Origin: Myxococcota bacterium
Lineage (GTDB): Bacteria > Myxococcota_A > UBA9160 > UBA4427
Direction of reading: 5' to 3'
DNA length: 48,816 nt
Assembly (NCBI GenBank): GCA_029941235.1
Contig: JAPYQM010000012.1
Span: 7,071-55,886, forward strand
Numbering within the stretch: position 1 is the stretch's first letter; every line of letters begins with the position of its first letter. The translations under genes were made by a program, and so were the position numbers. The notes below the pieces were generated by a model. It did no database searches and was not told where the DNA came from. It saw nothing but the letters and a program-made list of their open reading frames with translations. Shown piece after piece: positions 30,849-41,696 of this stretch.

Positions 30849-31834
30849 ACCGACTCCTCAAGAAGGGCAATTCCCGCACTCGAACTGAGATAGTCGGCCA
30901 GAGCTTCGCGCCAGGGCCGGAGCCCAACCCCCAGGCGCGCCGCGCGTTCGCAGCCGAGCACCGACCAAGCCGGACGCTCCGCAAGAAGGTTCAGATCGGC
31001 GGTCGCCAGCGGTTCCAGAGCCAAATGCGAGTACCCTGTCAGTTCCAATATCGATCGGGCGAACTCAAGCCAGGTCGTTCGCCCTGAATTGGAGAGGTGG
31101 AATATACCCGTCATCTTCGAGCTCTCTTCCTCTTTTCTTCTGGCCTCCACGGCCCCCGGAGCGGCCCGGGACACGTCCTCCCCATCGGCAGGATCACGCC
31201 CAAAGGCAAGCGCCGCGAGGTCTAGAATTCCTCCCGCAAGATCGGCCGCGTAGGTGGGCGAACCGCACTGATCGGAAACCACCCTGAGCGGGCCCTCTTC
31301 CAGGCCTCCCTCACGCCGACGGGCCTGACGGAGAATCGCGCCGACAAAATTCCTGCCCGGTCCGAAAACCCAGCTGGTTCTCACCACCATGGCCCCGGGA
31401 AGTGCCTGCAGAACCCGACGCTCTCCCTCGGCTTTCGAACGCCCGTAAGCGGTTCGAGGCTCCGGCGAAGCCGCCTCGGAATAGGGGTCACTGGCAGTTC
31501 CGCTGAAGACGTAATCCGTGGAGACGTGGACGCAATTGATCCCCGCTTCACGGCAATCCTCGGCCAACCAACCGGGCGCTTCGGCATTGATCCGCCAGGC
31601 CACCGCTTCCTCACTCTCGCAGCGGTCTACAGAGGTGAAAGCCGCTGCATTGACAACTATATCGGGGTGCCCGAACCGCCCCGTACGAAGTAAATCCGCC
31701 AAGGCTCCCGGGCGGCCGATATCCAATTCGGAATGGTCAAGAGCCGCCACCAGAACTTCGCCGCCCCTCGCCTGTACGGCCGCCGTCAAGCATTGTCCCA
31801 GTTGGCCGCCACTTCCCGTTATAAGCCAGTGCAC
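30845..31834 (-). CDS. rmlD: dTDP-4-dehydrorhamnose reductase
   Basis: ITGSGGQLG Rossmann N-terminus and STDYVF. It has a ~35-aa Glu/Arg-rich insertion ([26 protein letters not shown]) relative to typical RmlD proteins. Confidence 0.85.
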   Translation of the reverse strand: MHWLITGSGGQLGQCLTAAVQARGGEVLVAALDHSELDIGRPGALADLLRTGRFGHPDIVVNAAAFTSVDRCESEEAVAWRINAEAPGWLAEDCREAGINCVHVSTDYVFSGTASDPYSEAASPEPRTAYGRSKAEGERRVLQALPGAMVVRTSWVFGPGRNFVGAILRQARRREGGLEEGPLRVVSDQCGSPTYAADLAGGILDLAALAFGRDPADGEDVSRAAPGAVEARRKEEESSKMTGIFHLSNSGRTTWLEFARSILELTGYSHLALEPLATADLNLLAERPAWSVLGCERAARLGVGLRPWREALADYLSSSAGIALLEESV

Positions 31835-31896
31835 GGACTCTCCTCAGCCCCCTCGCACGGCCAGGACCGCGCCGATCAAATACATCCCTCGCATCT

Positions 31897-32433
31897 CTAC
31901 TCCACCGACTCGGGCAGAATCCAGGTCGGGAGTCGATTTTCGAGCTTGAGCCGCCGAGCCATTTCCTCGGCAGCGTCACGCTCGGCCACGGGACCGACCC
32001 GAACTCGCCAACGGTCGTCTACCCGGGGCTCAATAACTTCGACGGGATAACCCGTCGAACGCAGGCGCTCGGCCAGGGAAGTCGCCAGCTTCGCATCTCC
32101 AAAAGCCCCCACCTGGATCGAGAAAAACGCCGGTTCTGACGAAGCCCGCCGCGAAGCCATCGGAGGCCCGGCCCCCACAGGTGCTAAAGACCCGCTCTCC
32201 GTGCCGAGGCCCACCCTCCGAATGGCCAGTTCCCCTGCCCGTTCGGGTCCCCAATCGATTACTGCGGTTCTTCCGGCGATATGCCCGACCACCAGAGTGG
32301 GCTCCTCCAGAACGAAGCCCACCACAAGACCGATGCTGAAGCCCCCGAAGAGCAGGAGCAAAAACCCCAAACTCGTCACGAGCCAGCCCACACCCCAACC
32401 GGAGCCCCTCGCTTTTGTTCGCTGCCCCTTCAC
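31897..32433 (-). CDS. SPOR domain-containing membrane protein
   Basis: The C-terminal SPOR fold is FSIQVGAFGDAKLATSLAERLRSTGYPVEV...WRVRVGP. There is one N-terminal TM segment. The start was re-picked to GTG at 32433, overlapping the argS TGA (GTGA). The track's N-terminal extension lies inside argS. Confidence 0.8.
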   Translation of the reverse strand: MKGQRTKARGSGWGVGWLVTSLGFLLLLFGGFSIGLVVGFVLEEPTLVVGHIAGRTAVIDWGPERAGELAIRRVGLGTESGSLAPVGAGPPMASRRASSEPAFFSIQVGAFGDAKLATSLAERLRSTGYPVEVIEPRVDDRWRVRVGPVAERDAAEEMARRLKLENRLPTWILPESVE

Positions 32434-34163
32434 ATGCGCTCCGGTGCGGATAGGCCCAAAAGCCCCAGACCCACCGCCAAAACCGTTCGCACGGCCAGGA
32501 CCAGCGCTAGCCGAGCGGCGGTCAGTTCCGGGTCCTCGGAGATCACGCGGTGGCGGCTCCCGTCTTGAATATAGGGATTCCATAGCCCTGCGAGCTCGCG
32601 CAAGTAATAAGCCACATGGTGGGGCTCACGCTCCGCGGCCGCGCGCTCGACCATTTCGGGGAACGCACCGAGCTTGCGAATCAGATCGATCTCCTCGGGC
32701 AATTCAAGACGAGAGGGATCAAAGGAAGCGGCGGATGGCATGGGAACGCCTTCTTCCTGGGCTCGACGCTCAATCCCGTAAGTCCGAGCATGGGCGTACT
32801 GCACGTAGTAGGCCGGGTTCTTTCTCCAGTTCTGATCCTTGGCCAGATCCAGATCGAAGTCCAAATGACCCTCGGGCTTCCGTTCGATCATGAAGAAGCG
32901 AAAGACATCACTTCCAACTTCCTGAACGAGCTCGTCCACGGTGACGAACGTGGCCCGGCGAGTGGACTGCTTGACCCTTTCCCCTCCGCTCGTGATGGTC
33001 ACGAACTGGTGCATGACCAATTCGAGCCGCTCTTCGTCGAATCCCAGAACACCTACGGCACGCCGCACAAAGGGAAATTGTTCGATGTGATCGGCACCCT
33101 GAACATCGATGACGCGGTCGAAGCCGCGGCGAAATTTCTCCCGGTGGTACGCGATGTCGGGGAGAAGGTAGGTGGGCTCGCCGCTGCTCTTGATCACGAC
33201 CCGGTCGCGATCCAGGCCCAGCTTGGTCGATGCCAGCCAGACGGCTCCTTCGGACTCGAAGATGAGATCCTGGGCTCTCAGATCCCCGACGACCTCGTCG
33301 ATCTTTCCATCATCGTAGAGTGATTTCTCATTGAAATGAACATCGAAGGAAATGCCGATGGAAGCGAGCGTCGCCTCGATATCCTTGAATATTTCCTTGT
33401 GGGCAAATTCCCTAAAGTGGCCGTCCCCGGGTTCATCCACCAGCGCTTCGGAGTGGCTCTCCACCAGGGCGCAGGCCAGTTCGCGGATATAATCCCCCTG
33501 ATAGCCATCCGGCGGAAAAGCCACATCCAGGCCATCGATTTCGCTCCGCCACGCTTTTTCGGGATCGGCGAGCGCTTCCGGGGGAGGCGGGGCCGCCCGG
33601 CCCAGTTCCTCGAGATAGCGCGCCTTGACGGAATCTCCCAAAACCCGCATCTGGCGACCGCCGTCGTTGAAGTAGTACTCCCGAACGACGTCGAAGCCCA
33701 CTTTCTCCAACAAGCGAGCCAAACAATCGCCGAGAATCGCTTGCCTCCCATGCCCGGTGCTCAACGGACCCGTCGGGTTGGCCGAGACAAATTCAACCTG
33801 CAATTTCTCGCCAGAGCCCAGTTCGCTCGATCCGTATTGGGCACCGGCTTCGATGATTGTGCCGACCAGTTTTTGCCACGCCTCCGGAGCAATACGGAGG
33901 TTGATAAAACCCGGTCCCGCAATCTCAGCAGCCACCAACAGACCGCCGGCATCGCCAAGCCGCGCGACCAGATCTTCCGCGATAGCTCGCGGGTTCTTTC
34001 CGATTCGCTTGGCGAGCCCCATGGCGAGACTCGACGCGAAATCGCCGTGCTCCGACTGACGGGGCACCTCGAGGACGACTTGGGGTGCGGCGGCCGAATC
34101 TCCGGCATCTTCCAGAAGTCCTGCCAGCGCCCGCCCAATTTCCTTGACGAGCTCTTCCTTCAT
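32430..34163 (-). CDS. argS: Arginine--tRNA ligase
   Basis: 577 aa. The class I HIGH-type motif is SANPTGPLSTGHGR. The DALR anticodon-binding C-terminus is present. Confidence 0.97.
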   Translation of the reverse strand: MKEELVKEIGRALAGLLEDAGDSAAAPQVVLEVPRQSEHGDFASSLAMGLAKRIGKNPRAIAEDLVARLGDAGGLLVAAEIAGPGFINLRIAPEAWQKLVGTIIEAGAQYGSSELGSGEKLQVEFVSANPTGPLSTGHGRQAILGDCLARLLEKVGFDVVREYYFNDGGRQMRVLGDSVKARYLEELGRAAPPPPEALADPEKAWRSEIDGLDVAFPPDGYQGDYIRELACALVESHSEALVDEPGDGHFREFAHKEIFKDIEATLASIGISFDVHFNEKSLYDDGKIDEVVGDLRAQDLIFESEGAVWLASTKLGLDRDRVVIKSSGEPTYLLPDIAYHREKFRRGFDRVIDVQGADHIEQFPFVRRAVGVLGFDEERLELVMHQFVTITSGGERVKQSTRRATFVTVDELVQEVGSDVFRFFMIERKPEGHLDFDLDLAKDQNWRKNPAYYVQYAHARTYGIERRAQEEGVPMPSAASFDPSRLELPEEIDLIRKLGAFPEMVERAAAEREPHHVAYYLRELAGLWNPYIQDGSRHRVISEDPELTAARLALVLAVRTVLAVGLGLLGLSAPERM

Positions 34164-34208
34164 CTCTTGATCCTGGGCGAGCCCGATCGGCGCTGGGCCA
34201 GCCTCCTT

Positions 34209-34529
34209 CTAGTCGCGCGTGGAGCGCGGGGCGAATCTCACCACAATCTCTCCGGGACGCGCCAACTCTAGATCTTCTCGAATCGCGCGTTCAAGCGCAA
34301 AGGGATCGGTCTCCAATGCATTGATTTCGACTTCAAGGGTCTCGACCCTGTCGATCAGCGAGGCAATTCGCTCTCGGGAGACTTCAAGTTCTCCGCGCAT
34401 CTTGTACCACGCAACGAGGCCCGACTCGCGATCGGCGAGGCTCAAACCGAGCCCTGCCAATAGAATCCCAGGCACCAGCCAATAGGCCTTGAGCGCCCTC
34501 ACCCACCCCCCCTTGTGGACGACGATCAT
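34209..34529 (-). CDS. ftsB: Septum formation initiator (FtsB/DivIC family)
   Basis: 106 aa with an N-terminal TM segment, a coiled coil and the conserved tail ERAIREDLELARPGEIVV. Confidence 0.8.
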   Translation of the reverse strand: MIVVHKGGWVRALKAYWLVPGILLAGLGLSLADRESGLVAWYKMRGELEVSRERIASLIDRVETLEVEINALETDPFALERAIREDLELARPGEIVVRFAPRSTRD

Positions 34530-34600
34530 TGTTCGAGATAGTACCCGAATCTCGGGGGTTTGCGCCCGCGTCTACCCGTGGGGCAGGCCTAAATTCGCGA

Positions 34601-35146
34601 CTAGGACGCTTCCATCAACCGCTGCACTCGCGCGACGTAGTCCGGATGGTCCCATTCCCGCGGTCCCACGTACCGTTCGATGATGACTCCGTTGTCATCC
34701 ACCAAGATGGACTCAGGGAATCCCGTGGTCTGATAAGCCCGGGCAGCCTTCTGATCGGGGTCGAGCAGAACGGGGAAGGTGATCCCCAACCGTTCACGAA
34801 AGGCCTCCACATCGTCCCGGGATTCGTCCACGGCCACCGCGATCAACTCGAACCCGTCTTCGTTCAGGGCGCGGTAGAGATTCTCCATCGCGGGCATCTC
34901 GTCTTCGCACGGCTTACACCATGTGGCCCAAAAGTTGACCAACACAACCCGGCCCCTCAGATCATCCAAGGCGATGGGCGCTCCGTCGACAAGGCTTGGA
35001 AGCGCAAAGGCAGGAGCGGAATCGCCTCGGGACAGCGGTGGCTCGATGGGTTCCCCCATGAGGATCAGCAATCCCGCCACGGCGATCAGGGCCAATCCGG
35101 CCACCCAAGCAACCGGGGGCACGCGGGATCCGGATTCGGACTCCAC
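34601..35146 (-). CDS. TlpA/ResA-like thiol:disulfide oxidoreductase
   Basis: 181 aa with a signal-anchor and a thioredoxin fold. The active site is NFWATWCKPC. Confidence 0.85.
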   Translation of the reverse strand: MESESGSRVPPVAWVAGLALIAVAGLLILMGEPIEPPLSRGDSAPAFALPSLVDGAPIALDDLRGRVVLVNFWATWCKPCEDEMPAMENLYRALNEDGFELIAVAVDESRDDVEAFRERLGITFPVLLDPDQKAARAYQTTGFPESILVDDNGVIIERYVGPREWDHPDYVARVQRLMEAS

Positions 35147-35238
35147 TCGCTTCCCCTCTCCACCCTAAATCATCCAGCGATCCTCAGGATCGATGCCCGC
35201 CGATCCGTCGTGACGAATTGCGGGAGTCGGTGCTCGGG

Positions 35239-35619
35239 CTAATCGTCCGACTCGACTCGGTCGACTCGGTCGACCAGTTCTACGATGGAAACGGGGGCTG
35301 CATCCCCGACTCGGTTACCGACCTTGATCACCCGGGTATAGCCACCCGGCCTCTCCCGGTATCGCTCGGCCAGTTCGCCGAAGACCTTCGATGTGACCGC
35401 TTTGTCCATTAGAACCGCCGCCGCCTGGCGCCGCGCGTGCAGATCGCCACGCTTTCCAAGGGTAATCATTCGATCGGCGATGCCGCGCAGTTCCTTGGCC
35501 TTCGCATCGGTCGTCTGAATACGCTCATGTTCCATAAGCGATGTCACCATGTTTCGGAATAGCGCCTTTCGATGCGAACTATTCCGACCCAGTCGTCTGC
35601 CAGATTTTCGGTGCCTCAT
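35239..35619 (-). CDS. rplQ: 50S ribosomal protein L17
   Basis: [24 protein letters not shown] is the typical L17 N-terminus. Confidence 0.97.
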   Translation of the reverse strand: MRHRKSGRRLGRNSSHRKALFRNMVTSLMEHERIQTTDAKAKELRGIADRMITLGKRGDLHARRQAAAVLMDKAVTSKVFGELAERYRERPGGYTRVIKVGNRVGDAAPVSIVELVDRVDRVESDD

Positions 35620-35622
35620 GGA

Positions 35623-36651
35623 TCAAGCCTCGCGCTGTTCACGCATCTTTTCGAGTTCAGTGCGCACCGGCAGATTCTCGATCGAAGTGCCCAGAGACAA
35701 CCCCATTGAAGCCAGGGTGTCCTTGATCTCATTCAACGATTTTCTACCGAAATTTTTCGTCTTGAGCATCTCGCCTTCGGTTTTCATCACCAACTCACCT
35801 ATGAAACGAATATTGGCGTTCTGAAGGCAATTGGCCGAGCGAACCGAAAGCTCCAACTCATCCACCGACTTGAAGAGGTTCGGGTTCAGGGGTTTGGGCT
35901 CATCGGCCACGGCCGGAAGCGTCTCATCCTGCTCTTCGAAGTTGATAAAGATAGTGAGTTGTTCCTTCAAGATCTTGGCCGCGTAGGCAACAGCATCAGG
36001 CGGGCCCACTGCACCATCGGTCCAGACTTCAAGGTTCAAGCGATCGAAGTCTGTCTCGCGACCCACTCGAGCCGGCGTCACCAGATAGTTGACCCGCTTA
36101 ACCGGGGAGAAAACCGAGTCGATCGGAATCGTCCCAATCGGCATCTCCTCGGACCGGTTCTTGTCGGCGAGAACATACCCCTTGCCGCTTTCGATCGTCG
36201 CCTCGAGCTCAAAGGTAGATTCGGCACCCATGGTGCAGATCACACGATCCGGGTTGACGATCTCGACTGCCTGATCGGGGGAGGTGAAGTCCGCAGCGGT
36301 CACCGTTCCGGCTCCGGACTTCCGAATGCGAATTGTGCGGGGGCCCTCAGAATGCATGCGCATCCGCACTTCCTTGAGGTTGAGGATTATTTCGCTCACA
36401 TCCTCCAGAACCCCGGGAACCGTAGAGAATTCGTGGAGCACCCCCTCCATTCTCACATTCGTGATAGCCGCGCCCTGCAGAGATGAAAGCAGCACCCTGC
36501 GAAGCGCATTGCCCAGAGTAGTGCCGAAGCCCCTCTCCAGGGGCTCGCACGAAAAGCGGCCATAAGTCGCCGCCAGTGATGTTTCCTCGAGATCTAGCCG
36601 ACGAGGACGAATCAACGTCCTCCAATTCGCCACGACCAGTTCCTGTTGCAT
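35623..36651 (-). CDS. rpoA: DNA-directed RNA polymerase subunit alpha
   Basis: 342 aa with an N-terminal dimerisation domain and the C-terminal domain ([16 protein letters not shown]). Confidence 0.97.
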   Translation of the reverse strand: MQQELVVANWRTLIRPRRLDLEETSLAATYGRFSCEPLERGFGTTLGNALRRVLLSSLQGAAITNVRMEGVLHEFSTVPGVLEDVSEIILNLKEVRMRMHSEGPRTIRIRKSGAGTVTAADFTSPDQAVEIVNPDRVICTMGAESTFELEATIESGKGYVLADKNRSEEMPIGTIPIDSVFSPVKRVNYLVTPARVGRETDFDRLNLEVWTDGAVGPPDAVAYAAKILKEQLTIFINFEEQDETLPAVADEPKPLNPNLFKSVDELELSVRSANCLQNANIRFIGELVMKTEGEMLKTKNFGRKSLNEIKDTLASMGLSLGTSIENLPVRTELEKMREQREA

Positions 36652-36791
36652 CGGAACCTCCCTTAAACAATTTCCAGAAATATCTTGAGATAAGAAGTTT
36701 GAATCTTCGGAGAACAGGGTCGAATCAACCTTGCTCCCCGAATGCTCGGGTACGCGCGAGATCTAGGCGCCGAGTCGACTGTCGAAATCGG

Positions 36792-37418
36792 CTAACGCGA
36801 GTAGAGTTCTACAATCAACTGTTCATCTATGGGCAGCGTGATGTCTTCGCGCACCGGCATCTGCTTCACCGTGCCCACTTTCTCGTCTTTATCCATTTCA
36901 AGCCACTGGGGCACGCTGCGTCCCTCCAGGGCATCCAGCGCACCGATAACCCGTTCGACCTTCAGCGACCGCTCCCGGAGAGAAACGGACATACCCGGCT
37001 TGACGAGCAGAGACGGTGTCTTGACTTTTTTTCCGTCCACCTGGAAGTGGCCGTGCTTAACGAGTTGCCGGGCTTCGGCCCTCGATGTCGCGTAACCCAT
37101 GCGGAAAATGACGTTGTCGAGCCTCCGTTCAAGCAGAACCAGCAAGTTCTCGCCCGATCGGCCCTTCATGGAGGAAGCCTGAACGAATGCCTTCCGAAAC
37201 TGTTTTTCCAGCAGTCCGTACATACGCTTAACCTTCTGCTTCTCCCGCAGCTGAACTCCATATTCAGAGAAGCGCACCCGTCCCTGCCCGTGCATTCCGG
37301 GCGGGTATGCCCGGCGCTCGATCGCACATTTCTCGCTAAAGCAGCGATCGCCCTTCAAAAAAAGCTTGGTGCCTTCGCGTCGGCAGAGCCGACAGACAGA
37401 ACCTCGATATCGCGCCAT
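36792..37418 (-). CDS. rpsD: 30S ribosomal protein S4
   Basis: The sequence begins [19 protein letters not shown] at 37418 lies 10 nt after the rpsK stop and is preceded by GAAAGG. Confidence 0.96.
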   Translation of the reverse strand: MARYRGSVCRLCRREGTKLFLKGDRCFSEKCAIERRAYPPGMHGQGRVRFSEYGVQLREKQKVKRMYGLLEKQFRKAFVQASSMKGRSGENLLVLLERRLDNVIFRMGYATSRAEARQLVKHGHFQVDGKKVKTPSLLVKPGMSVSLRERSLKVERVIGALDALEGRSVPQWLEMDKDEKVGTVKQMPVREDITLPIDEQLIVELYSR

Positions 37419-37428
37419 GACTTGCCTT

Positions 37429-37818
37429 TCAGACTCGTCGCCGCTTGGGCGGCCGACAACCGTTGTGCGGGATGGGGGTGACATCTCTGATCACTGTGAT
37501 CTTCATTCCTGCCGCCTGCAGAGCACGAAGCGCCGACTCGCGCCCACCGCCCGGACCCTTGACCTCAACGCCCAGAGTTCGAACACCGTGCTCTTGCGCC
37601 TTTTTCGCGCATTCCTCTCCGGCCATCTGCGCCGCATAGGGAGTTGACTTTCGCGATCCCTTGAAGCCCTGCTGACCTGCACTCGCCCAGGCGACTGCAT
37701 TGCCCCCGACATCTGTGATCGTGATAATTGTGTTATTGAAGGTCGACTGGATATGAGCAACACCCGTTTGGATGTTCTTCTTGACCTTCTTCTTCCGTAT
37801 GGTCTTCTTGACTGCCAT
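37429..37818 (-). CDS. rpsK: 30S ribosomal protein S11
   Basis: 129 aa with [18 protein letters not shown]. Confidence 0.97.
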   Translation of the reverse strand: MAVKKTIRKKKVKKNIQTGVAHIQSTFNNTIITITDVGGNAVAWASAGQQGFKGSRKSTPYAAQMAGEECAKKAQEHGVRTLGVEVKGPGGGRESALRALQAAGMKITVIRDVTPIPHNGCRPPKRRRV

Positions 37819-37830
37819 AAGTGTGTTTTG

Positions 37831-38211
37831 CTACTTCCTGGGCGCGAGTTTCTTGCCCGCGACGCCCTTGGCCGGACCCTTGCGTGTCCGGGCATTGGTG
37901 TGAGTTCGTTGACCCCGAACGGGCAGATTGCGGCGGTGCCTCAACCCCCGATAACAACCGATGTCCATCAGAACCTTGATATTCTGATTGAGTTCGCGAC
38001 GTAGATCTCCCTCAACCTTGTAACTTCGCTCGATCACTTCCCGGAGCTTGATCGTTTCGCTCTCGCTGAGTTGATCGGTTTTGGTTCCCACGTCGACTCC
38101 TGCCTTGTCGCAAATTTCGGCGGCGCTCGTGCGCCCCACTCCGAAAATATATGTCAGCGAAATTTCGATTCGCTTGTTGCGGGGCAAGTCGACGCCTGCG
38201 ATTCGCGCCAT
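37831..38211 (-). CDS. rpsM: 30S ribosomal protein S13
   Basis: The sequence begins [26 protein letters not shown]. Confidence 0.97.
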   Translation of the reverse strand: MARIAGVDLPRNKRIEISLTYIFGVGRTSAAEICDKAGVDVGTKTDQLSESETIKLREVIERSYKVEGDLRRELNQNIKVLMDIGCYRGLRHRRNLPVRGQRTHTNARTRKGPAKGVAGKKLAPRK

Positions 38212-38245
38212 GGGCCTCTCCTCTGGATATTTCTAAGAACCAGGA

Positions 38246-38359
38246 CTAACCCTGGCGCTGCTTGTGCTTCGGATTATCACAAATGACTCGAACTACTCCG
38301 CGACGGCGGATTATCCGGCACTTGTCACACATCTTTCGTACGGATGATCGAACTTTCAT
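38246..38359 (-). CDS. rpmJ: 50S ribosomal protein L36
   Basis: Not in the ORF track. Hand translation gives [37 protein letters not shown] (37 aa, CxxC...CxxxH zinc ribbon). GAGGA lies 10 nt upstream. Confidence 0.93.
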   Translation of the reverse strand: MKVRSSVRKMCDKCRIIRRRGVVRVICDNPKHKQRQG

Positions 38360-38395
38360 TTTGACTCTTCCTCTACCAATCGCCCGTCAAGGCCA

Positions 38396-39184
38396 TCAGT
38401 GCGATCCGTCAACTCGTGTGAGCACTTCGGGGCCCTCGTCCGTAACCGCGATCGTGTGCTCGAAATGTGCCGACAACTGCCCGTCAACGGTTACGGCCGT
38501 CCATCCGTCTTCCAGGATTCGAACTTTCTGGCTTCCCACGTTGACCATCGGCTCGACTGCGAAAACCATTCCGTGCTGCAGCCGTTGGCCCCGTCCCGGC
38601 GACCCGTAATTGGGCACCTGCGGGGGTTCGTGCATTTGTCGGCCGATTCCATGGCCGACGAATTGTCGGACAACCGAATAGCCATCTTTTTCGGCTCGTT
38701 TCTGAACCGCCGCCCCTATATCAGAGAGCCGCTTGCCCGGAACCATTTCTTCGACGCCTTGATAAAGGGAGTCGCGAGTCGTTTCGAGCAATTTCTGGGC
38801 CTCTTGGGAAATGGGTCCCACCGGAACGGTCACCGCCGAGTCGCCATGAAAGCCCTGACTTTCGACTCCGAAATCCAAGCTGATTATGTCACCCTCTTTG
38901 AGTTCCCGCGACCCTGGGATTCCATGAACGATCTCGTCGTTGATCGATGCGCAAAGCACCGCGGGATAAGGGGGAAGCCCCCCGGGTGAATAGTTGAGAA
39001 AGGGTGAGTTGAGGCCTCTTCGCTTCAACTCTTTCCCTGCAAATTCGTTGAGTTCCCCGGTTGTCACCCCCGGTTTGGCCTTATCGCGAAGAGCCATCAG
39101 AATTTCGCCCGTGTGCTGGCCCACGGTGCGCATTTGGTCCAATTCACGGCGACTCTTCAGTGTGATCCGTTCCGCGTAGCTCAC
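38396..39184 (-). CDS. map: Type I methionine aminopeptidase
   Basis: 262 aa with the metal ligands in DIISLDFG, FVGHGIG and FAVEPM. Confidence 0.96.
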   Translation of the reverse strand: MSYAERITLKSRRELDQMRTVGQHTGEILMALRDKAKPGVTTGELNEFAGKELKRRGLNSPFLNYSPGGLPPYPAVLCASINDEIVHGIPGSRELKEGDIISLDFGVESQGFHGDSAVTVPVGPISQEAQKLLETTRDSLYQGVEEMVPGKRLSDIGAAVQKRAEKDGYSVVRQFVGHGIGRQMHEPPQVPNYGSPGRGQRLQHGMVFAVEPMVNVGSQKVRILEDGWTAVTVDGQLSAHFEHTIAVTDEGPEVLTRVDGSH

Positions 39185-39756
39185 GCCGCCTCCAAGGCCG
39201 CAACCATGGCATCCGAGACCTCAGGCACCGAGTCCATCCCTGGCACCTCCCGCACTAGGGACCGGGCCGCGTAATAGCCCAGAAGTGGCTCCGTCTCCAC
39301 CGCATAGACCCGCATTCGCTCGCGAATTGTCGCCTCGTTGTCGTCCGCCCGGCCCTCAATCTCGGCTCGCTTGAGCAGGCGCTTCACAATGCCTTCGGTG
39401 TCCACAGTAATGGCAAGACAGCAGTCTATTCTCAAACCGATCCGCTCGAGCAATCGATCCAGCGCCTCGGCCTGTCCGAGTGTTCGAGGAAAACCGTCCA
39501 GAATGAACCCGTCTGCTGCATCGTCTGCTTTCAGACGCTCCTCGGCGATCCCGATAACGATCTCGTCGCTGACCAGCTGACCAGCATCCATCACAGCCTT
39601 GGCCTTTAGACCCACGGGGCTCTGAGCGGCAACGGCCGCTCGGAGCATATCTCCTGTCGAGATGTGCGGGACCCCGAGTTTCTCCGCGAGTAGAACCGCC
39701 TGGGTTCCTTTGCCCGCTCCCGGAGCGCCCAACAGGACGATACCCCTCGAGCTCAT
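39181..39756 (-). CDS. adk: Adenylate kinase (short-LID form)
   Basis: 191 aa with P-loop GAPGAGKGTQ. It lacks the ~25-aa zinc/LID insertion of long bacterial Adk proteins. Confidence 0.95.
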   Translation of the reverse strand: MSSRGIVLLGAPGAGKGTQAVLLAEKLGVPHISTGDMLRAAVAAQSPVGLKAKAVMDAGQLVSDEIVIGIAEERLKADDAADGFILDGFPRTLGQAEALDRLLERIGLRIDCCLAITVDTEGIVKRLLKRAEIEGRADDNEATIRERMRVYAVETEPLLGYYAARSLVREVPGMDSVPEVSDAMVAALEAA

Positions 39757-41063
39757 TGCCCCAGCCTTCCGCGCATGCGCCCACCCTTGACGAATCCCTC
39801 GTAATGCCGAGACACCATATGGGCATCGATCTGCCCCACGGTGTCCAGAGAAACACCAACCACGATTAGGAGCGCTGTCCCTCCGAAATAGAAGGGCACA
39901 TTCATTCGGGTGGAAAGAATCACCGGAAGAAGGCAGACCAGTGATACATAGGCTGCGCCGATACAGGTCAATCGACTCAGCACTTTGTCGATATAGTCTG
40001 CCGTGTTCTTTCCTGGCCGTATACCGGGGATGTAGCCACCCGACCGTTTAATATTTTCCGAAACGTCTACGGGATTGATAATGATCGCCGTGTAGAAGAA
40101 GCAAAAGAAAACGATTAGGGAAACGTAAACAATATTATACGTCCAATCCCCGGGATTCAGGAACTGGTCGATAAAACTCTGAACCGACGGACTATCGCTG
40201 AATTGCCGAACAGTGAGCGGAAACATAAGCAGAGACGACGCGAAAATCGGCGGAATCACGCCAGCAGAGTTGACGCGGAGGGGGAAATAACTCATTCCGC
40301 CCTGGGCAACCTGCTTACCCACGGCCCGACGCGCATGCTGGATCGGAATTCTCCGCTGCCCGCGCTCCACGAACACAACGGCACCCACCACCCCCATGGC
40401 AAAAACCAATACAAGAGCGGCCTGGAGTATCGAAAACTGATCGTTCCGAATCATATCTGCCAGGTTCGAAAGCCCCGACGGAATACTCACCACGATTCCC
40501 GAGAAGATGATCAGGGAAATTCCGTTGCCGATCCCCCTCTCGGTGACTTGCTCCCCTAGCCACATGATGAAGGCGGTGCCCGACGTCAGGGTCACCATAG
40601 TAACAATCCGAAAGCCCCAGCCGGGAAAGAGCACCGCTCCCTCGCCAAATTGTCCGCTTTCAAGGGCGAACGCGATCAGCAGACTCTGAAAAAGCGCCAA
40701 TACAATAGTCGCATAGCGGGACCACTGGTTGATCTTCTTCTGCCCCTGCTCGCCTTCTTTCTTCAGAGCCTCAAGCGCAGGGATTACCACCGTCAGAAGT
40801 TGGAAAATAATGGTCGCGCTGATATAGGGCATGATCCCCAGGGCAAAGATCGACAACTGCTCCATGGCGCCGCCCGAGAAGAGATTCATTAGACCAAACA
40901 CGGTCCCTTGCATCTGGGAGAAGAAATCGCGGATTACTTCGGAGTTGATTCCCGGAGTCACCACCACACAACCAATTCGATAGACGCCGAGCATTCCGAA
41001 CGTGAAGAGAATCCGCGCACGAAGTTCAGGAATTCGCCAAATATTTTGGATTCCACTGGTCAT
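39753..41063 (-). CDS. secY: Preprotein translocase subunit SecY
   Basis: 436 aa, 10-TM profile, with LFSGGA..LSIFALGIMPYISA. Confidence 0.97.
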   Translation of the reverse strand: MTSGIQNIWRIPELRARILFTFGMLGVYRIGCVVVTPGINSEVIRDFFSQMQGTVFGLMNLFSGGAMEQLSIFALGIMPYISATIIFQLLTVVIPALEALKKEGEQGQKKINQWSRYATIVLALFQSLLIAFALESGQFGEGAVLFPGWGFRIVTMVTLTSGTAFIMWLGEQVTERGIGNGISLIIFSGIVVSIPSGLSNLADMIRNDQFSILQAALVLVFAMGVVGAVVFVERGQRRIPIQHARRAVGKQVAQGGMSYFPLRVNSAGVIPPIFASSLLMFPLTVRQFSDSPSVQSFIDQFLNPGDWTYNIVYVSLIVFFCFFYTAIIINPVDVSENIKRSGGYIPGIRPGKNTADYIDKVLSRLTCIGAAYVSLVCLLPVILSTRMNVPFYFGGTALLIVVGVSLDTVGQIDAHMVSRHYEGFVKGGRMRGRLGQ

Positions 41064-41500
41064 GCCAGCAACTCCACGCTGCCGCCTGCGGCCTCAACCT
41101 TCGTGCGAGCGCTGGCGCTGACACGATTCAACTTGATCTCAAGATTTTTCGGCGACTCGCCCTCGCCCAAAAGCTTGACCCCAGCTCCCGATCCGCGAAT
41201 TAGCCCGCTCTTCGCCAACGCCTCGGCGTCCACAGTTGCGCCGTCGCCCAACCGCGCGAGTTCGCCGACATTGACGATCTCTATTTCCTTCCGAAAGGGG
41301 TTTTTGAAGCCTCGCTTGGGCACTCTTTGGGTGAGAGGCATCTGCCCCCCTTCAAACCACGGCTTGATCTTCTTGCCGGATCTGGTTCCCTGTCCCTTGA
41401 CACCGGTGCCGGCGGTTTTGCCCAGCCCGGATCCCGGTCCGCGCCCCACCCTGCGACGACTATGCTTCGCACCCGGCCTCGGGCTCAGTCGATCAAGCAT
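41060..41500 (-). CDS. rplO: 50S ribosomal protein L15
   Basis: 146 aa with RVGRGPGSGLGKTAG.G.KGQ. Confidence 0.96.
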   Translation of the reverse strand: MLDRLSPRPGAKHSRRRVGRGPGSGLGKTAGTGVKGQGTRSGKKIKPWFEGGQMPLTQRVPKRGFKNPFRKEIEIVNVGELARLGDGATVDAEALAKSGLIRGSGAGVKLLGEGESPKNLEIKLNRVSASARTKVEAAGGSVELLA

Positions 41501-41504
41501 TTAC

Positions 41505-41696
41505 CTACTCCTCGATGACTACTACGAGATGACTCACTTTGTTAATCATGCCACGCACCGATGGTGTGTCCTCGACCTTGACAACCTGATGCAATCGCCG
41601 AATTCCCAAACCCACCAGAGTGGCCCGCTGGCGGCGGTTATACCCGATTGCACTCTTGATCTGTTTGAGAGCGATCATTGCCTTATCAGCCATCAC
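41505..41696 (-). CDS. rpmD: 50S ribosomal protein L30
   Basis: 63 aa with LKQIKSAIG....RATL.GLGIRRL. Confidence 0.93.
   Translation of the reverse strand: MMADKAMIALKQIKSAIGYNRRQRATLVGLGIRRLHQVVKVEDTPSVRGMINKVSHLVVVIEE

Noticed and set aside
36652-36791. A 140-nt AT-richer spacer between rpsD and rpoA, considered as a possible ncRNA or mobile remnant.
   Set aside because: It has only a short hairpin (CCCGA-GCAT-TCGGG) plus an A/T-rich stretch ending in the rpoA SD (AAGGGAGG). That is consistent with an ordinary internal promoter or leader of the alpha operon.
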